Shown here one piece after another: positions 17,518 to 26,258 of a stretch of DNA of 64,000 bases (the first letter of the stretch is position 1; every line of letters begins with the position of its first letter). Below the pieces are notes generated by a model, which was not told where the DNA came from, did no database searches, and saw only the letters and a list, made by a program, of their open reading frames with translations. Origin of the DNA: an uncultured virus (IMG/VR IMGVR_UViG_3300033417_000007) (lineage: Duplodnaviria; Heunggongvirae; Uroviricota; Caudoviricetes); IMG/VR virus record IMGVR_UViG_3300033417_000007; one strand, 5' to 3'. A program made the position numbers and the translations under genes.

Positions 17518-18600
17518 ATGATCGGAATGCTCACGTTCATCAATCCCCCCCGACGGAAGAAGGCGCGTGCGCGTCTGCGTCGGGGCCGGAGAGGAGTCGC
17601 CCGCGAGGGCAAGGAGGTCTCCATGGCACGGAAGAAGTCCGTGCGCCGTCGCGGACGGCGCCGTTTGGCGCGGCGTGCGCGCCCTGTCACTCATCGGCGT
17701 CGGCGCAGCGCGTCGCGTCGTCGGCGTTCCTCGGGTCGTCGGCGTCGGCGCTCCTCGGGGCGTCGTCGTCGGATGATGCTCATGAACCCGGCGCCCAAGC
17801 GGCGTCGGCGTCGGAACCCCCTCTTCCGGTCCACCCGGACCGGTCGGTACAAGGGAGGCCGTCCGGGCCGTCGGCTCCGTCGGATCCGGCGCGCTCCCTA
17901 CGGCTGGAAGAACCCCGGCCGTCGGCGCGGCGGTCGTCGGCGCTACCGGCGCAACCCCGGCGCGATGGCGCTGCGGCGTCGGGTGAGCCCGCTCAAGGAT
18001 CCCGTCTCGGCCATCATGAACGTCTTCAAGGAAGCGTTCTCGATGGAGACGCTCGAGGCGGCGCTCCAGTCCGGCATCGGCTTCGGCGGCACCCTGGCCG
18101 GCTCGAAGCTGGTGTACAACACGCTCGTTCCGGCCTTCAACACGCAGGTCGGTCGGGTGGCGTCGGGCTTCGCCGTCACCATCCTCGAGACGCTGGTCCT
18201 CGGCTGGCTCGGCGGTCCCAAGATCGGCGCGCGGGTCCTGACCGGCGGCGTGCTCGCCACGCTGTGGCAGGGCATTTCCGAGGCCGTCCGCGGGACGCCG
18301 GCGGCGCAGTGGATTCCGACCCTCGGGGAGGGCCCGGAGGATGCGGAGTTCCGGCAGGCCATCGAGGCCGAGGTGCTCCGTGAGCTGCGTGGCGGGGGCA
18401 TGGACATGTACCTCCCGCCGGCCGGGATCTCGTACCTCCCGGCGGCCGGGTCGTCCGCCTACCTCACCGGGCGCGAGTCCGACCGGCTCCTGGCGACGGG
18501 CGTCAATGCCTACCTGACCGAGCGCGAGCTCGCGAAGGTCACGGGCATGGGCGACTCCGACGGGGAGTTCGGCGGGGCCAGTGCTCCGGAGCAGTTCTAG
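17518..18600 (+). CDS. Protamine-like Arg-rich DNA-condensing protein fused to membrane helices
   Basis: N-terminal ~150 aa of poly-Arg runs with 5 NP motifs, then 2-3 hydrophobic helices; second in-frame start at 17623 with SD AAGGAGGT. Confidence 0.85.
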   Translation: MIGMLTFINPPRRKKARARLRRGRRGVAREGKEVSMARKKSVRRRGRRRLARRARPVTHRRRRSASRRRRSSGRRRRRSSGRRRRMMLMNPAPKRRRRRNPLFRSTRTGRYKGGRPGRRLRRIRRAPYGWKNPGRRRGGRRRYRRNPGAMALRRRVSPLKDPVSAIMNVFKEAFSMETLEAALQSGIGFGGTLAGSKLVYNTLVPAFNTQVGRVASGFAVTILETLVLGWLGGPKIGARVLTGGVLATLWQGISEAVRGTPAAQWIPTLGEGPEDAEFRQAIEAEVLRELRGGGMDMYLPPAGISYLPAAGSSAYLTGRESDRLLATGVNAYLTERELAKVTGMGDSDGEFGGASAPEQF

Positions 18601-18609
18601 CGACCAAGC

Positions 18610-18725
18610 GGGAGCTCCGGCCGAAAGGCCGGAGCCTTCCCTTGGGAGGCCGCGCGTCGGCCTCCCAGGAGAAGGGTGTAGAGCCGACCCTTCGGCGGGT
18701 TTTTAGGGGGCGAGAGCCCCCGCCC
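18610..18725 (+). promoter_or_regulatory. Highly structured 5' leader of the capsid gene
   Basis: Four consecutive hairpins, two with GNRA loops (GAAA 18623-18626, GAGA 18712-18715). Confidence 0.7.
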
Positions 18726-18756
18726 GAGTCCGAGGCCGTGGTGAAAGGGACAAGTC

Positions 18757-19392
18757 ATGCCTCCCAACCCGATGGTGCCCATGCCCCCGCAGGCGACGCA
18801 GCCCTACTTCCGGATCCAGAAGGGCCTGCCCGCCGCCGTCGTCCGCTCGTACAAGCAGCCCTTGTACGACAGCGAGATCATGCTCGCGACGGACGAGGAC
18901 GCCGAGCTCGTTCTCTTCCAGAAGCCCATCGGCCAGAACCTGGCCGACGGGACGACCCGCAAGACGCTGCTGCACACGAACATGAACAATGCCGGGCAGC
19001 TGGGAACCCCCCAGAGCTTCGACGTGTTCGGGTTCAACCTGCGGCTGCTCGAGGCGTCCGAGAAGGTCGTGACGATCGCGAACTTCAACCTGATCGAGGC
19101 GGCCGGCGTCGCGATCGTGATCTTCGGGACGGACAACCCGTTCCTGCAGGTCCCGATCGAGGACATCCCGTCGGGCGTCGACACCGAGGGCCTGGGCGCG
19201 ACGGACGCGCCGCACATCGGCCTCGGCGAGAGCTCGAACTTCTACCGGTTCGACGTCGGCGGTCGGGCGCTGCACATCAACTCGACCGAGTCGTTCCAGG
19301 TGAAGCTGTCCTTCCCCTCGGGCCTGGAAGGCGTGACGGGCAACCACCTCTTCCGCTTCTACATGCGGGGGATCCTCTACCGGGGCGTCTAG
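18757..19392 (+). CDS. Putative major capsid protein, single jelly-roll type
   Basis: 211 aa with alternating beta-strand pattern (KQPLYD, LFQKPIGQ, TNMNNAGQL, FQVKLSF, FRFYMRGILY); flanked by structured RNA; fold inferred, not computed. Confidence 0.65.
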   Translation: MPPNPMVPMPPQATQPYFRIQKGLPAAVVRSYKQPLYDSEIMLATDEDAELVLFQKPIGQNLADGTTRKTLLHTNMNNAGQLGTPQSFDVFGFNLRLLEASEKVVTIANFNLIEAAGVAIVIFGTDNPFLQVPIEDIPSGVDTEGLGATDAPHIGLGESSNFYRFDVGGRALHINSTESFQVKLSFPSGLEGVTGNHLFRFYMRGILYRGV

Positions 19393-19510
19393 GCCCTGCC
19401 GAGGTGCAACTTCGGGCGCTCCCCTTCGGGGGAGCGCCACTTGATGCACGGCGGTCGGGCCCCGGCGGTGTGCCGGGGCGCTTTCCCTGCAGAGTCGGCT
19501 CGGAAAGGAG
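19393..19510 (+). promoter_or_regulatory. Structured RNA element downstream of the capsid gene
   Basis: Perfect 10-bp GGCGCTCCCC-TTCG-GGGGAGCGCC hairpin inside GTGCA/TGCAC, then GCCCCGGC/GCCGGGGC; no T-run. Confidence 0.65.
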
Positions 19511-19516
19511 CAGCGT

Positions 19517-20437
19517 ATGTCCTGGGCGCAGGTTCCCACGCTCAAGCGCAGGCCTGACGGAACGGTCTTCGTCAATCCCGAGAAGGACTACATCAGGCCG
19601 TTCGAGCTGTCCCCTGACAAGCCCAACAAGGTGGTGACGCTTGCGGCCAACCAGACGGTGGGGCCGTTCCCGCTCACCGCCAAGCACGACGGGCCGATCG
19701 AGTGCTTCTTCCAGAAGGTCGTGGTGTACGACGAGGAAGACATTCCGCTCACGGACTACAACATCGACTTCGTGCTGCAGTTCCCCACGAAGCGCAAGAT
19801 CATGTCGAACCTGCCGATCCCGCTGATCGCCTGCGCGGGGGATGCGGGGCGTCCCTACGTGCTGCCCGAGTCGATCTTCATCCCGGCGATCTCGGCGCTG
19901 CAGATCACCTTCTACAACCGGGACGCCTCCATCCGGAAGGTCGAGTTCGTGATGGGCGGCATCAAGTACTACATCAACTCCGCCCCCCAGGCCCCCCGCG
20001 CGGAGCTCGCAAGCTACCAGCAGCGCCGGGAAGCGACCTACACGTACTGGCTGACGACCGACGAACTGCCCATCCTGACGGCCAGCGAGACGGGCGCGGA
20101 CTTCTTCCTCACGATCCCCGACGACACCGACATGGAAGTCCTCAAGCTCTCCGCGGAGGCGACGGGGGCCTTCCGGGCGCTCATCAAGGACGCCGAGAGC
20201 GACCGCGCCGTCACCAACGGCGAGGCGATGCACTGCTCACTCCTCTTCGGCGGCCACGTCGCGACGGCCCTCGGGGGCGGCCTCGGCGGGTCCGGCGGCG
20301 TCTTCCCGGCCCGGTGGGCGACGTCGTACCTCGCGCGCCGGAGCGCCAAGATCCAGGTGCTCCTCGACGACCTCTCCGGATCGACGAACACGATCAAGCT
20401 CGTGTTCGGCGGGAGGAAGATCGCGTATGCCTCGTAA
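19517..20437 (+). CDS. Putative capsid protein with two tandem jelly-roll-like domains
   Basis: Two ~130-aa halves ending VEFVMGGIKYY and IKLVFGGRKIAY. Confidence 0.65.
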   Translation: MSWAQVPTLKRRPDGTVFVNPEKDYIRPFELSPDKPNKVVTLAANQTVGPFPLTAKHDGPIECFFQKVVVYDEEDIPLTDYNIDFVLQFPTKRKIMSNLPIPLIACAGDAGRPYVLPESIFIPAISALQITFYNRDASIRKVEFVMGGIKYYINSAPQAPRAELASYQQRREATYTYWLTTDELPILTASETGADFFLTIPDDTDMEVLKLSAEATGAFRALIKDAESDRAVTNGEAMHCSLLFGGHVATALGGGLGGSGGVFPARWATSYLARRSAKIQVLLDDLSGSTNTIKLVFGGRKIAYAS

Positions 20438-21176
20438 GCCGAGAACCGACTCCAGGGGAAACTCCGTTCCTCCCGGCCGCGGGCCCGGGGGCATGGGGAA
20501 TCCTTACGAAGATCGCTACTTCTACGAGGGCTATCGCGATTTCAATCGGGAGCCCAGGATCGACGACGTCATCATCGGTCCGACCTGCTCGCCGGGCGCC
20601 GCGAACCCCGAGCTCAAGAGCCGGATGGAGGCGCTCAAGTGCACCTTGAACGACGTCTTCGCCCGGCAGGTGGTCTTCACGAAGTTTCCGGCGAACTCCC
20701 AGCCTCCCTGGTTCGCCAAACCCATCATCAAATGCAAGAACATCACGATCGCGTCGGGCGGAACGGGGGTGATCTTCGACCGCGAGATCCCCGGGCGCAA
20801 CCGCGCGATCCTGACGTGCCTCGGGATCGATATCGATCCGGTGGGGGCGATCCTCGCGCAGACCTGTGAGTTCTGGTTCGACCTGGGGAACCAGGAGGAG
20901 ATCGTCGACATCTTCGACGACCAGACCGAGACGGCCTACGAGGAGGTCGATGGTCTGACGTCCGGGAAGACGACGGTCCTGCCGGGGTCGCTCGTCGTGC
21001 CGTTCAACTTCCTGGAAGCGGGCCTCCAGTTCATGATCAAGGGTCCCAAGATGCTCAGGTTCATGATGGAGAACAAGGGGCTCGAGGCCGTCACCATCCG
21101 CGGAATGATGGGGTACTACCAGTACCCGCTGCCGTATGGGGCGACCGAGTTCGAAAACGCCGACGTGATGCTCTAA
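20427..21176 (+). CDS. Putative minor capsid/penton protein, jelly-roll-like
   Basis: Beta-rich C-terminal domain ending TIRGMMGYYQYP; GGMG near the N-terminus. Confidence 0.55.
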   Translation: MPRKPRTDSRGNSVPPGRGPGGMGNPYEDRYFYEGYRDFNREPRIDDVIIGPTCSPGAANPELKSRMEALKCTLNDVFARQVVFTKFPANSQPPWFAKPIIKCKNITIASGGTGVIFDREIPGRNRAILTCLGIDIDPVGAILAQTCEFWFDLGNQEEIVDIFDDQTETAYEEVDGLTSGKTTVLPGSLVVPFNFLEAGLQFMIKGPKMLRFMMENKGLEAVTIRGMMGYYQYPLPYGATEFENADVML

Positions 21177-21186
21177 GAGGTGGACG

Positions 21187-21549
21187 ATGGCTTCCCCTTC
21201 GAGTCCTGGGATCATCACGGTCAAGAGCGTCGATGCGAGCGGAAACAATCCGGTTGTCCAGACGGACTCCTGGGCGAGTACGCAAAAAAGCGTCGTCACT
21301 CCCGGCGCCGCGGTGCAGTGTCCGTCGCTTGAGGCGCCCGCCGGCATGGGGATTGTCTTCTTGGCGAAGCCCGGGAACACCGGGGAGATCTACCTCGGGA
21401 ACTCAAAGGCGAACGCCGAGAACGCGGCCGTGCGGGTCGAGCTCGGAGCCTCCAACGCAGTCATCCTGAAGGTGTCGAACGCCAACCTCGTCTGGGTGGA
21501 TGCCGAGACCGCGAACGAAGGGATCTGCATCTTCGTCGAGCAGTCGTAG
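21187..21549 (+). CDS. Small beta-sandwich virion protein
   Basis: AKPGNTGEIYLG, beta-rich; GAGGTGG SD. Confidence 0.65.
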   Translation: MASPSSPGIITVKSVDASGNNPVVQTDSWASTQKSVVTPGAAVQCPSLEAPAGMGIVFLAKPGNTGEIYLGNSKANAENAAVRVELGASNAVILKVSNANLVWVDAETANEGICIFVEQS

Positions 21550-21567
21550 CCTATAAAGTAGGGTGAG

Positions 21568-22671
21568 ATGGCCGAATACCGTGGCGGTGGAGGTCTTGGC
21601 GGAGAGGTCGTAGCCTCCATCACGGTCCAAAATCTGACCCCCGACCGCCTGGTCTACGCCGACGCTACGAAGAAACTCCAGAGCGTCGATCCACTCACCT
21701 CCTGGGTCGCCGGTACAAGCGATCAGGTGACCGTCGCCGACGACGGGGACGGGACCATCACGATCAGCCTGCCGAGCGCGATCATCACGCCTGGGACGCT
21801 CACGGTGACAGGGCACACGACGCCGCAAGCCAACAATACTTACGATCTGGGCGGCAGCAGTTTCGCATGGCGCAACCTGTACGTGGGGACGCAGATCCTC
21901 GCGGCGAATGGGAGCGCGGGGGCGCCGAGTCTCTCCTTTTCCGGGGATCCGGATACCGGGTGGTTCTCCAACGGAACGAACATCATTACCGTCTCCACCG
22001 GCGGGACAGGGAGGTGGACATTCAATGGCTCCGGGCACATGTTGGCTGGCTCCAACAATGTCTACGACATCGGCGCCAGCGGCGCGAACAGTCCGCGGTC
22101 GGTGTATGTGGTGACGAGTCTATTCATCGGTCCCAAAGAGTCTGGAGTAATTTCCCCGCAACTCGGCCTCTATCATGCGGGGCAGCCTGTTTTCGTGGTG
22201 AGAGAAACCGGCAGCAACATCGAGCTAGCTCTTTTCTGCACTACCGCAAACTGCTACGTGAGTGCGGCGACACCGAATGATCTCATCTTTAGGACCTCCA
22301 ACACGGATCGATGGAGGATCGTAAATTCTGAAGTCGGCTTGTGGGCTGGCGCTTCTACCCGGACGATTACCGGCGGTGTCTCGGACGGTTACGTCTCGGG
22401 TGTCCGGCTCTCACCGACGTACGACGCGGCCACCGCGCAGACGGTCACGCGGCACAACTACATCGACGTCGAAGACGTCCTCCTGACCGGCGCGGGCCCG
22501 GCGGCCGTGACCGACGCCTGTGTGTTCCGCTTCAACGCGGCGGCGGGAACGCACAAGGCCCTTGCCGGGGCGAGCACGAAGACGACGCCGGGCGCCTGGG
22601 ATGCGGCGGTCAAGATCAATGTGAATGGGACAATCATGTACATCCCCGCCTATACGAGTCCGACCGCATGA
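21568..22671 (+). CDS. Fibre/spike-like virion protein
   Basis: Gly/Ser/Thr-rich; NTYDLG/NVYDIG repeats; GSAGAPSLSFSGDPDTG fibre motif. Confidence 0.75.
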   Translation: MAEYRGGGGLGGEVVASITVQNLTPDRLVYADATKKLQSVDPLTSWVAGTSDQVTVADDGDGTITISLPSAIITPGTLTVTGHTTPQANNTYDLGGSSFAWRNLYVGTQILAANGSAGAPSLSFSGDPDTGWFSNGTNIITVSTGGTGRWTFNGSGHMLAGSNNVYDIGASGANSPRSVYVVTSLFIGPKESGVISPQLGLYHAGQPVFVVRETGSNIELALFCTTANCYVSAATPNDLIFRTSNTDRWRIVNSEVGLWAGASTRTITGGVSDGYVSGVRLSPTYDAATAQTVTRHNYIDVEDVLLTGAGPAAVTDACVFRFNAAAGTHKALAGASTKTTPGAWDAAVKINVNGTIMYIPAYTSPTA

Positions 22672-23246
22672 GCACGAGAACTCTCACCCTCCTCCTCCTG
22701 GCCGTAGTGGTGCTCCCGGCGTGCGGGGATAGCTGGCCCGGTTACCCCGGGGTTCCGACGTCGCTGACCACTCCCGCGGGGAAGGCTTACACATTCCGGA
22801 ACCTCGGGTCGGTCGAGCGGTACGGTGAGGCATGGATCGGCGGCTGGGTGGACATTGCCATCGAAGAGGCTGTCGCAAAGATGGTCGGCCTTGGAGTCTC
22901 AGAAGCAAACGCTAGGCATGCGATAGGGTCCATCGGCCTAACTGCCATCGACGACTACGCCTACCCGGAGAGAGCGAGCCCCACCGGCTGGGCGGCGGGC
23001 ACGTATGCATACGGGCACATTGTCGTCGCCTTTTGGACGAGGAAGATTTCCCGCACCTTGGATGACGACATCCCGGAGTGGACCTATCGGGATGACGAGC
23101 CCAAAGGCCCGCGGTGGGGTGTTGTCCCGCTGGCTTGCCCCGCGCTGGGGCATGAGTTGGGGCATCATTTCTTTGGGGGTGGGTTTGAACACCGGCGTCG
23201 TTGGGTACTGGTTTTAGCGCCGGAGTCGGCGGTGGGTGCCCCGTAA
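22668..23246 (+). CDS. Lipoprotein with HExxH zinc-metallopeptidase motif
   Basis: MSTRTLTLLLLAVVVLPA-C lipobox; GHELGHH; ATGA overlap with the upstream gene. Confidence 0.7.
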   Translation: MSTRTLTLLLLAVVVLPACGDSWPGYPGVPTSLTTPAGKAYTFRNLGSVERYGEAWIGGWVDIAIEEAVAKMVGLGVSEANARHAIGSIGLTAIDDYAYPERASPTGWAAGTYAYGHIVVAFWTRKISRTLDDDIPEWTYRDDEPKGPRWGVVPLACPALGHELGHHFFGGGFEHRRRWVLVLAPESAVGAP

Positions 23247-23259
23247 AAGGAGAATAAGC

Positions 23260-23685
23260 ATGGCGATTAAGTACAAAGTCCTCCGGATGGGTGACCGCAG
23301 CGACCGCGGCCCGGGCGGCGAGTTCGGTATCGTGGTGGTCGGCGAGAACGGCGACAAGGCTACCGGGGAAACCGTATACTGCCTGAACGATCACAGGCAC
23401 TCGAAAGCCTGCGCCCAGGCGGCGCTCGACGCCAAGACCATCGTTGTGAAGGCGGCGGAGCCTGCGGTGGATGAGGCGCTGAACGACGACGGGACCGTGC
23501 GCGTTCCGGGCAAGGCGGAAGTGCCTGCGGTGATGGAGTCGCCCCGGGAGCGCATCCAGAAGTGGCACGCCGCACAGCGGGCTGAAGTCGCGCCCGACAT
23601 GGAGCCGCTCCCCAAGGTGGAGCGTGAAGTGGTGCGCGACGGCAAGCGGGTCAGGGAGATGGTGGAGAATCGGGATCTGTCATAA
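23260..23685 (+). CDS. Hypothetical protein
   Basis: AAGGAG SD; protein-like composition. Confidence 0.7.
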   Translation: MAIKYKVLRMGDRSDRGPGGEFGIVVVGENGDKATGETVYCLNDHRHSKACAQAALDAKTIVVKAAEPAVDEALNDDGTVRVPGKAEVPAVMESPRERIQKWHAAQRAEVAPDMEPLPKVEREVVRDGKRVREMVENRDLS

Positions 23686-23699
23686 AAAGGAGATGGAAG

Positions 23700-24239
23700 G
23701 TGAGCGACAAGCACGCGGTGACGTTCAAGGCGACCATGACGCGCGACCAGTGGCGCACCATGAACATCCGCGCCGAGACCATCAACCCTCCCCATCGGTC
23801 GGGGCTTCGCTGGCTCTCGGCGCTTTCGGCGGAGACCTTCGACGTGGCTGAGGTGACGGTGGACACCTCGTCCGGAAGGATACTCGCGAAGCCGTGGACG
23901 GAGCCCAAGGTCGGAACGGACCGCCTCACGCTCGACCTCAGCCGCGACGCAACGCTTGGCCTGAAGGTGCTCGCGATCAAGATGATCTTGGGCACGCCGG
24001 GCCCGCGGGGGGAGCCTGCCCAGCCCGCGACGCTCCTTGAGCGCCGGAACATCTTCGACGCGCTCGAGGGGGTGGCCGACGGGAAGGTGCTGCGCCTGGT
24101 CAAGAAAGAAGCGCAACTCCCCGAAAGCGACGACCTCGACGAGGACGTTCTGGACGACGAGGAAGCTGAGGAATCTCTCGACACCCCGGAAGTTCCGAAG
24201 GGTGAAGCCAAGAAGGCGTCCGAGGAACCTGGGAAGTAA
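23700..24239 (+). CDS. Hypothetical protein with acidic tail
   Basis: AAGGAG SD; co-directional with neighbours. Confidence 0.75.
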   Translation: MSDKHAVTFKATMTRDQWRTMNIRAETINPPHRSGLRWLSALSAETFDVAEVTVDTSSGRILAKPWTEPKVGTDRLTLDLSRDATLGLKVLAIKMILGTPGPRGEPAQPATLLERRNIFDALEGVADGKVLRLVKKEAQLPESDDLDEDVLDDEEAEESLDTPEVPKGEAKKASEEPGK

Positions 24240-24259
24240 GTCGAGTAGGTGAATGGCAA

Positions 24260-24625
24260 ATGGCTGGATACCAGGGTGGCGGCGGGGGCGGTGCGGGAGC
24301 GGCTCCGTCCCTTACCTGGTCGTTCCCCGGAACCATCTCGACGGACCAGAATCCGAACATTCCGCGCTACCAGTTCAAGGTCGCGTCCTCCTTCGGTAAC
24401 TGGGATGTGAAGTCCGTCTCGGCCCCGTCCGGAGGCGACATGACGGTGACCTTCAAGAAGAACGGTGCGACGATCGCGACGGTCGTCCTTCTTGACGGCG
24501 ACACCTATGCGACGGTAGCCGCGGCGGTCAGCTTCGCCGTGGACGACGTCCTTTATCCGGAGATCTCGTCGCTCGGGGGGGCGAGCTCCCCTCCGACGAC
24601 CCTGCTCATGAGAGCGAGGGCGTAG
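24260..24625 (+). CDS. Beta-rich virion protein
   Basis: Gly-rich N-terminus resembling that of 21568 (MAxYxGGGG), then a beta-sandwich pattern. Confidence 0.7.
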   Translation: MAGYQGGGGGGAGAAPSLTWSFPGTISTDQNPNIPRYQFKVASSFGNWDVKSVSAPSGGDMTVTFKKNGATIATVVLLDGDTYATVAAAVSFAVDDVLYPEISSLGGASSPPTTLLMRARA

Positions 24626-25425
24626 TGGCTCTGCCCGCTTACTTCCAGCAGACGCCGTTCTTCCTGGGAGTCACAGGCGTCTCCGACGTCCAGCAGGTCA
24701 TCGACGCGATCAAGGGTGTCTCCGGTGTGGCGCTCGCCGGATGGACGAACCCCTCCGGCGACATCGTTCGCACGCCGGTCAACTCCGTGGGGCAGTACAT
24801 CCAGGTCGAGCTCACGCGCGGCTCGGCGACGACGCTGACCTCCATCATGCGGGACGACTTGGGCGTCGCCACCGTCGCCACGTCGTTCGTCATCTCCGGA
24901 ACCGTGACCGTCGATATTTATTTCGGGGTCGGGTATCTGTACTTCGAGGGAACGTCCGGAACCAATTTCAACCTGTTCTCCCTCCTGGCTCTTGCGCCCG
25001 AAGCGCAGAATGCGCACCGTGCCTATGCGTTCGCCATGTCGAACAACTCGAACACCCAGACGGGATGCGCCTTCAACCTGAGTACCGGCGCCTACGACGC
25101 CGTATTCGCCGGGTTCGGGCGTATCCAGCAGTTCGTGGCCCGAGAGTACGCCGCGGCGCAGCCGGCGATCTGCCAGACGCCGTCCGGCTACCGCAGGTGG
25201 TATCCCATGATCATCTGCTGCGTGAATGGGGCGAACACCTTCATGGTCATGGCGGGTCGCGTTCCGAACTTCATCCTCATCAACGGAGGGATCGTTAATC
25301 CGGGCGATCGCTTCGTGATCCCGATCGACGAGGCGACGACCGCCGAGTTCGTCGTGCTGAAGATCGCGAGCGCGGGGACGACCGTAACGAATCCTCCGGC
25401 CCGTATCGCATGTAGGGTGCCTTGA
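24625..25425 (+). CDS. Putative spike/vertex protein
   Basis: Beta-rich; N- and C-termini resemble the next ORF (GVSDVQQVIDAI vs GVTDWATVVTAI; IACRVP vs LGIRVA). Confidence 0.7.
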   Translation: MALPAYFQQTPFFLGVTGVSDVQQVIDAIKGVSGVALAGWTNPSGDIVRTPVNSVGQYIQVELTRGSATTLTSIMRDDLGVATVATSFVISGTVTVDIYFGVGYLYFEGTSGTNFNLFSLLALAPEAQNAHRAYAFAMSNNSNTQTGCAFNLSTGAYDAVFAGFGRIQQFVAREYAAAQPAICQTPSGYRRWYPMIICCVNGANTFMVMAGRVPNFILINGGIVNPGDRFVIPIDEATTAEFVVLKIASAGTTVTNPPARIACRVP

Positions 25426-26258
25426 TGAGCGTTCCGAGCTTCGTCGACACCGACTTCGTGGTCACCGAGCTGCTCGGGGTCACCGACTGGGCGACGGTGG
25501 TGACGGCCATCGACACCGTTCTCACGTCCGACCTTCCGGTGGCCTCCCGATGGACGTCGCTGGGGGGAGGTGAGTACGAGTCCCCTCACCAGGACTCCGC
25601 CGGCGTCAATCGGTTCTTCGGTGTCGTCGTGACGAGGATCTCGGCGACCCGCTTCGAGCTTGCCGTGAAGGACAAGTTCGGGACGACGTTCCATACCGGG
25701 ACGATCGATCTGGGGTCCCCGGCCGCCGTCAAGATCTATGCGGGGCCCTATCACTTCGCCGTCCAGTCCATCTATGCGGGACCCACGCGCGAGGTGGCCT
25801 ACGCCTTCATGACGGACCCGGCCCCCTTCGGCCTGGGCCAGAGCAGTACCTTCGTCTACGCCTGGACCAAGAGGAATTCCGCCGGGACTCTCTATGGCAC
25901 CGCGAACCAGTTCGGCGCGGGAGCCTTGGTCGCGAGTGATCAGGGAGGAACCACGCCGCGGTCCAGGTCGCTCCTCTACTATATGAACGGCATCGGCCTG
26001 ACCAATGCCGGAGATCCGTCGGGCTATTCGGCGGCCGGATCCACCCTGGCGATGCCCTACGAGATCTCGACGTCGTTCGCGGCGGCCAACCAGAAATGGG
26101 CTGGCCGCGGGTATCAGCTCGTCGTCCTGCCGTCGAACCTGACGTTCGGGACTGTCGTCACGGTCCCGCTCGATACGGGGGTCTCCGGGGACTTTGAGGT
26201 GCTCGGCATCAATCAGCCCTCCAATGGGATCGGTTCACTGGGCATCCGGGTGGCCTGA
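25422..26258 (+). CDS. Putative spike/vertex protein, likely paralogue of 24625-25425
   Basis: Similar length and termini (VIPIDEATTAEFVVL vs TVPLDTGVSGDFEVL). Confidence 0.7.
   Translation: MMSVPSFVDTDFVVTELLGVTDWATVVTAIDTVLTSDLPVASRWTSLGGGEYESPHQDSAGVNRFFGVVVTRISATRFELAVKDKFGTTFHTGTIDLGSPAAVKIYAGPYHFAVQSIYAGPTREVAYAFMTDPAPFGLGQSSTFVYAWTKRNSAGTLYGTANQFGAGALVASDQGGTTPRSRSLLYYMNGIGLTNAGDPSGYSAAGSTLAMPYEISTSFAAANQKWAGRGYQLVVLPSNLTFGTVVTVPLDTGVSGDFEVLGINQPSNGIGSLGIRVA

Noticed and set aside
10776..17694. Very long minus-strand ORFs (748 aa, 995 aa) and similar antisense ORFs elsewhere (4048-5697, 33260-35557)
   Set aside because: They lie opposite well-supported genes, have no motifs, and are expected from high GC3 codon bias.
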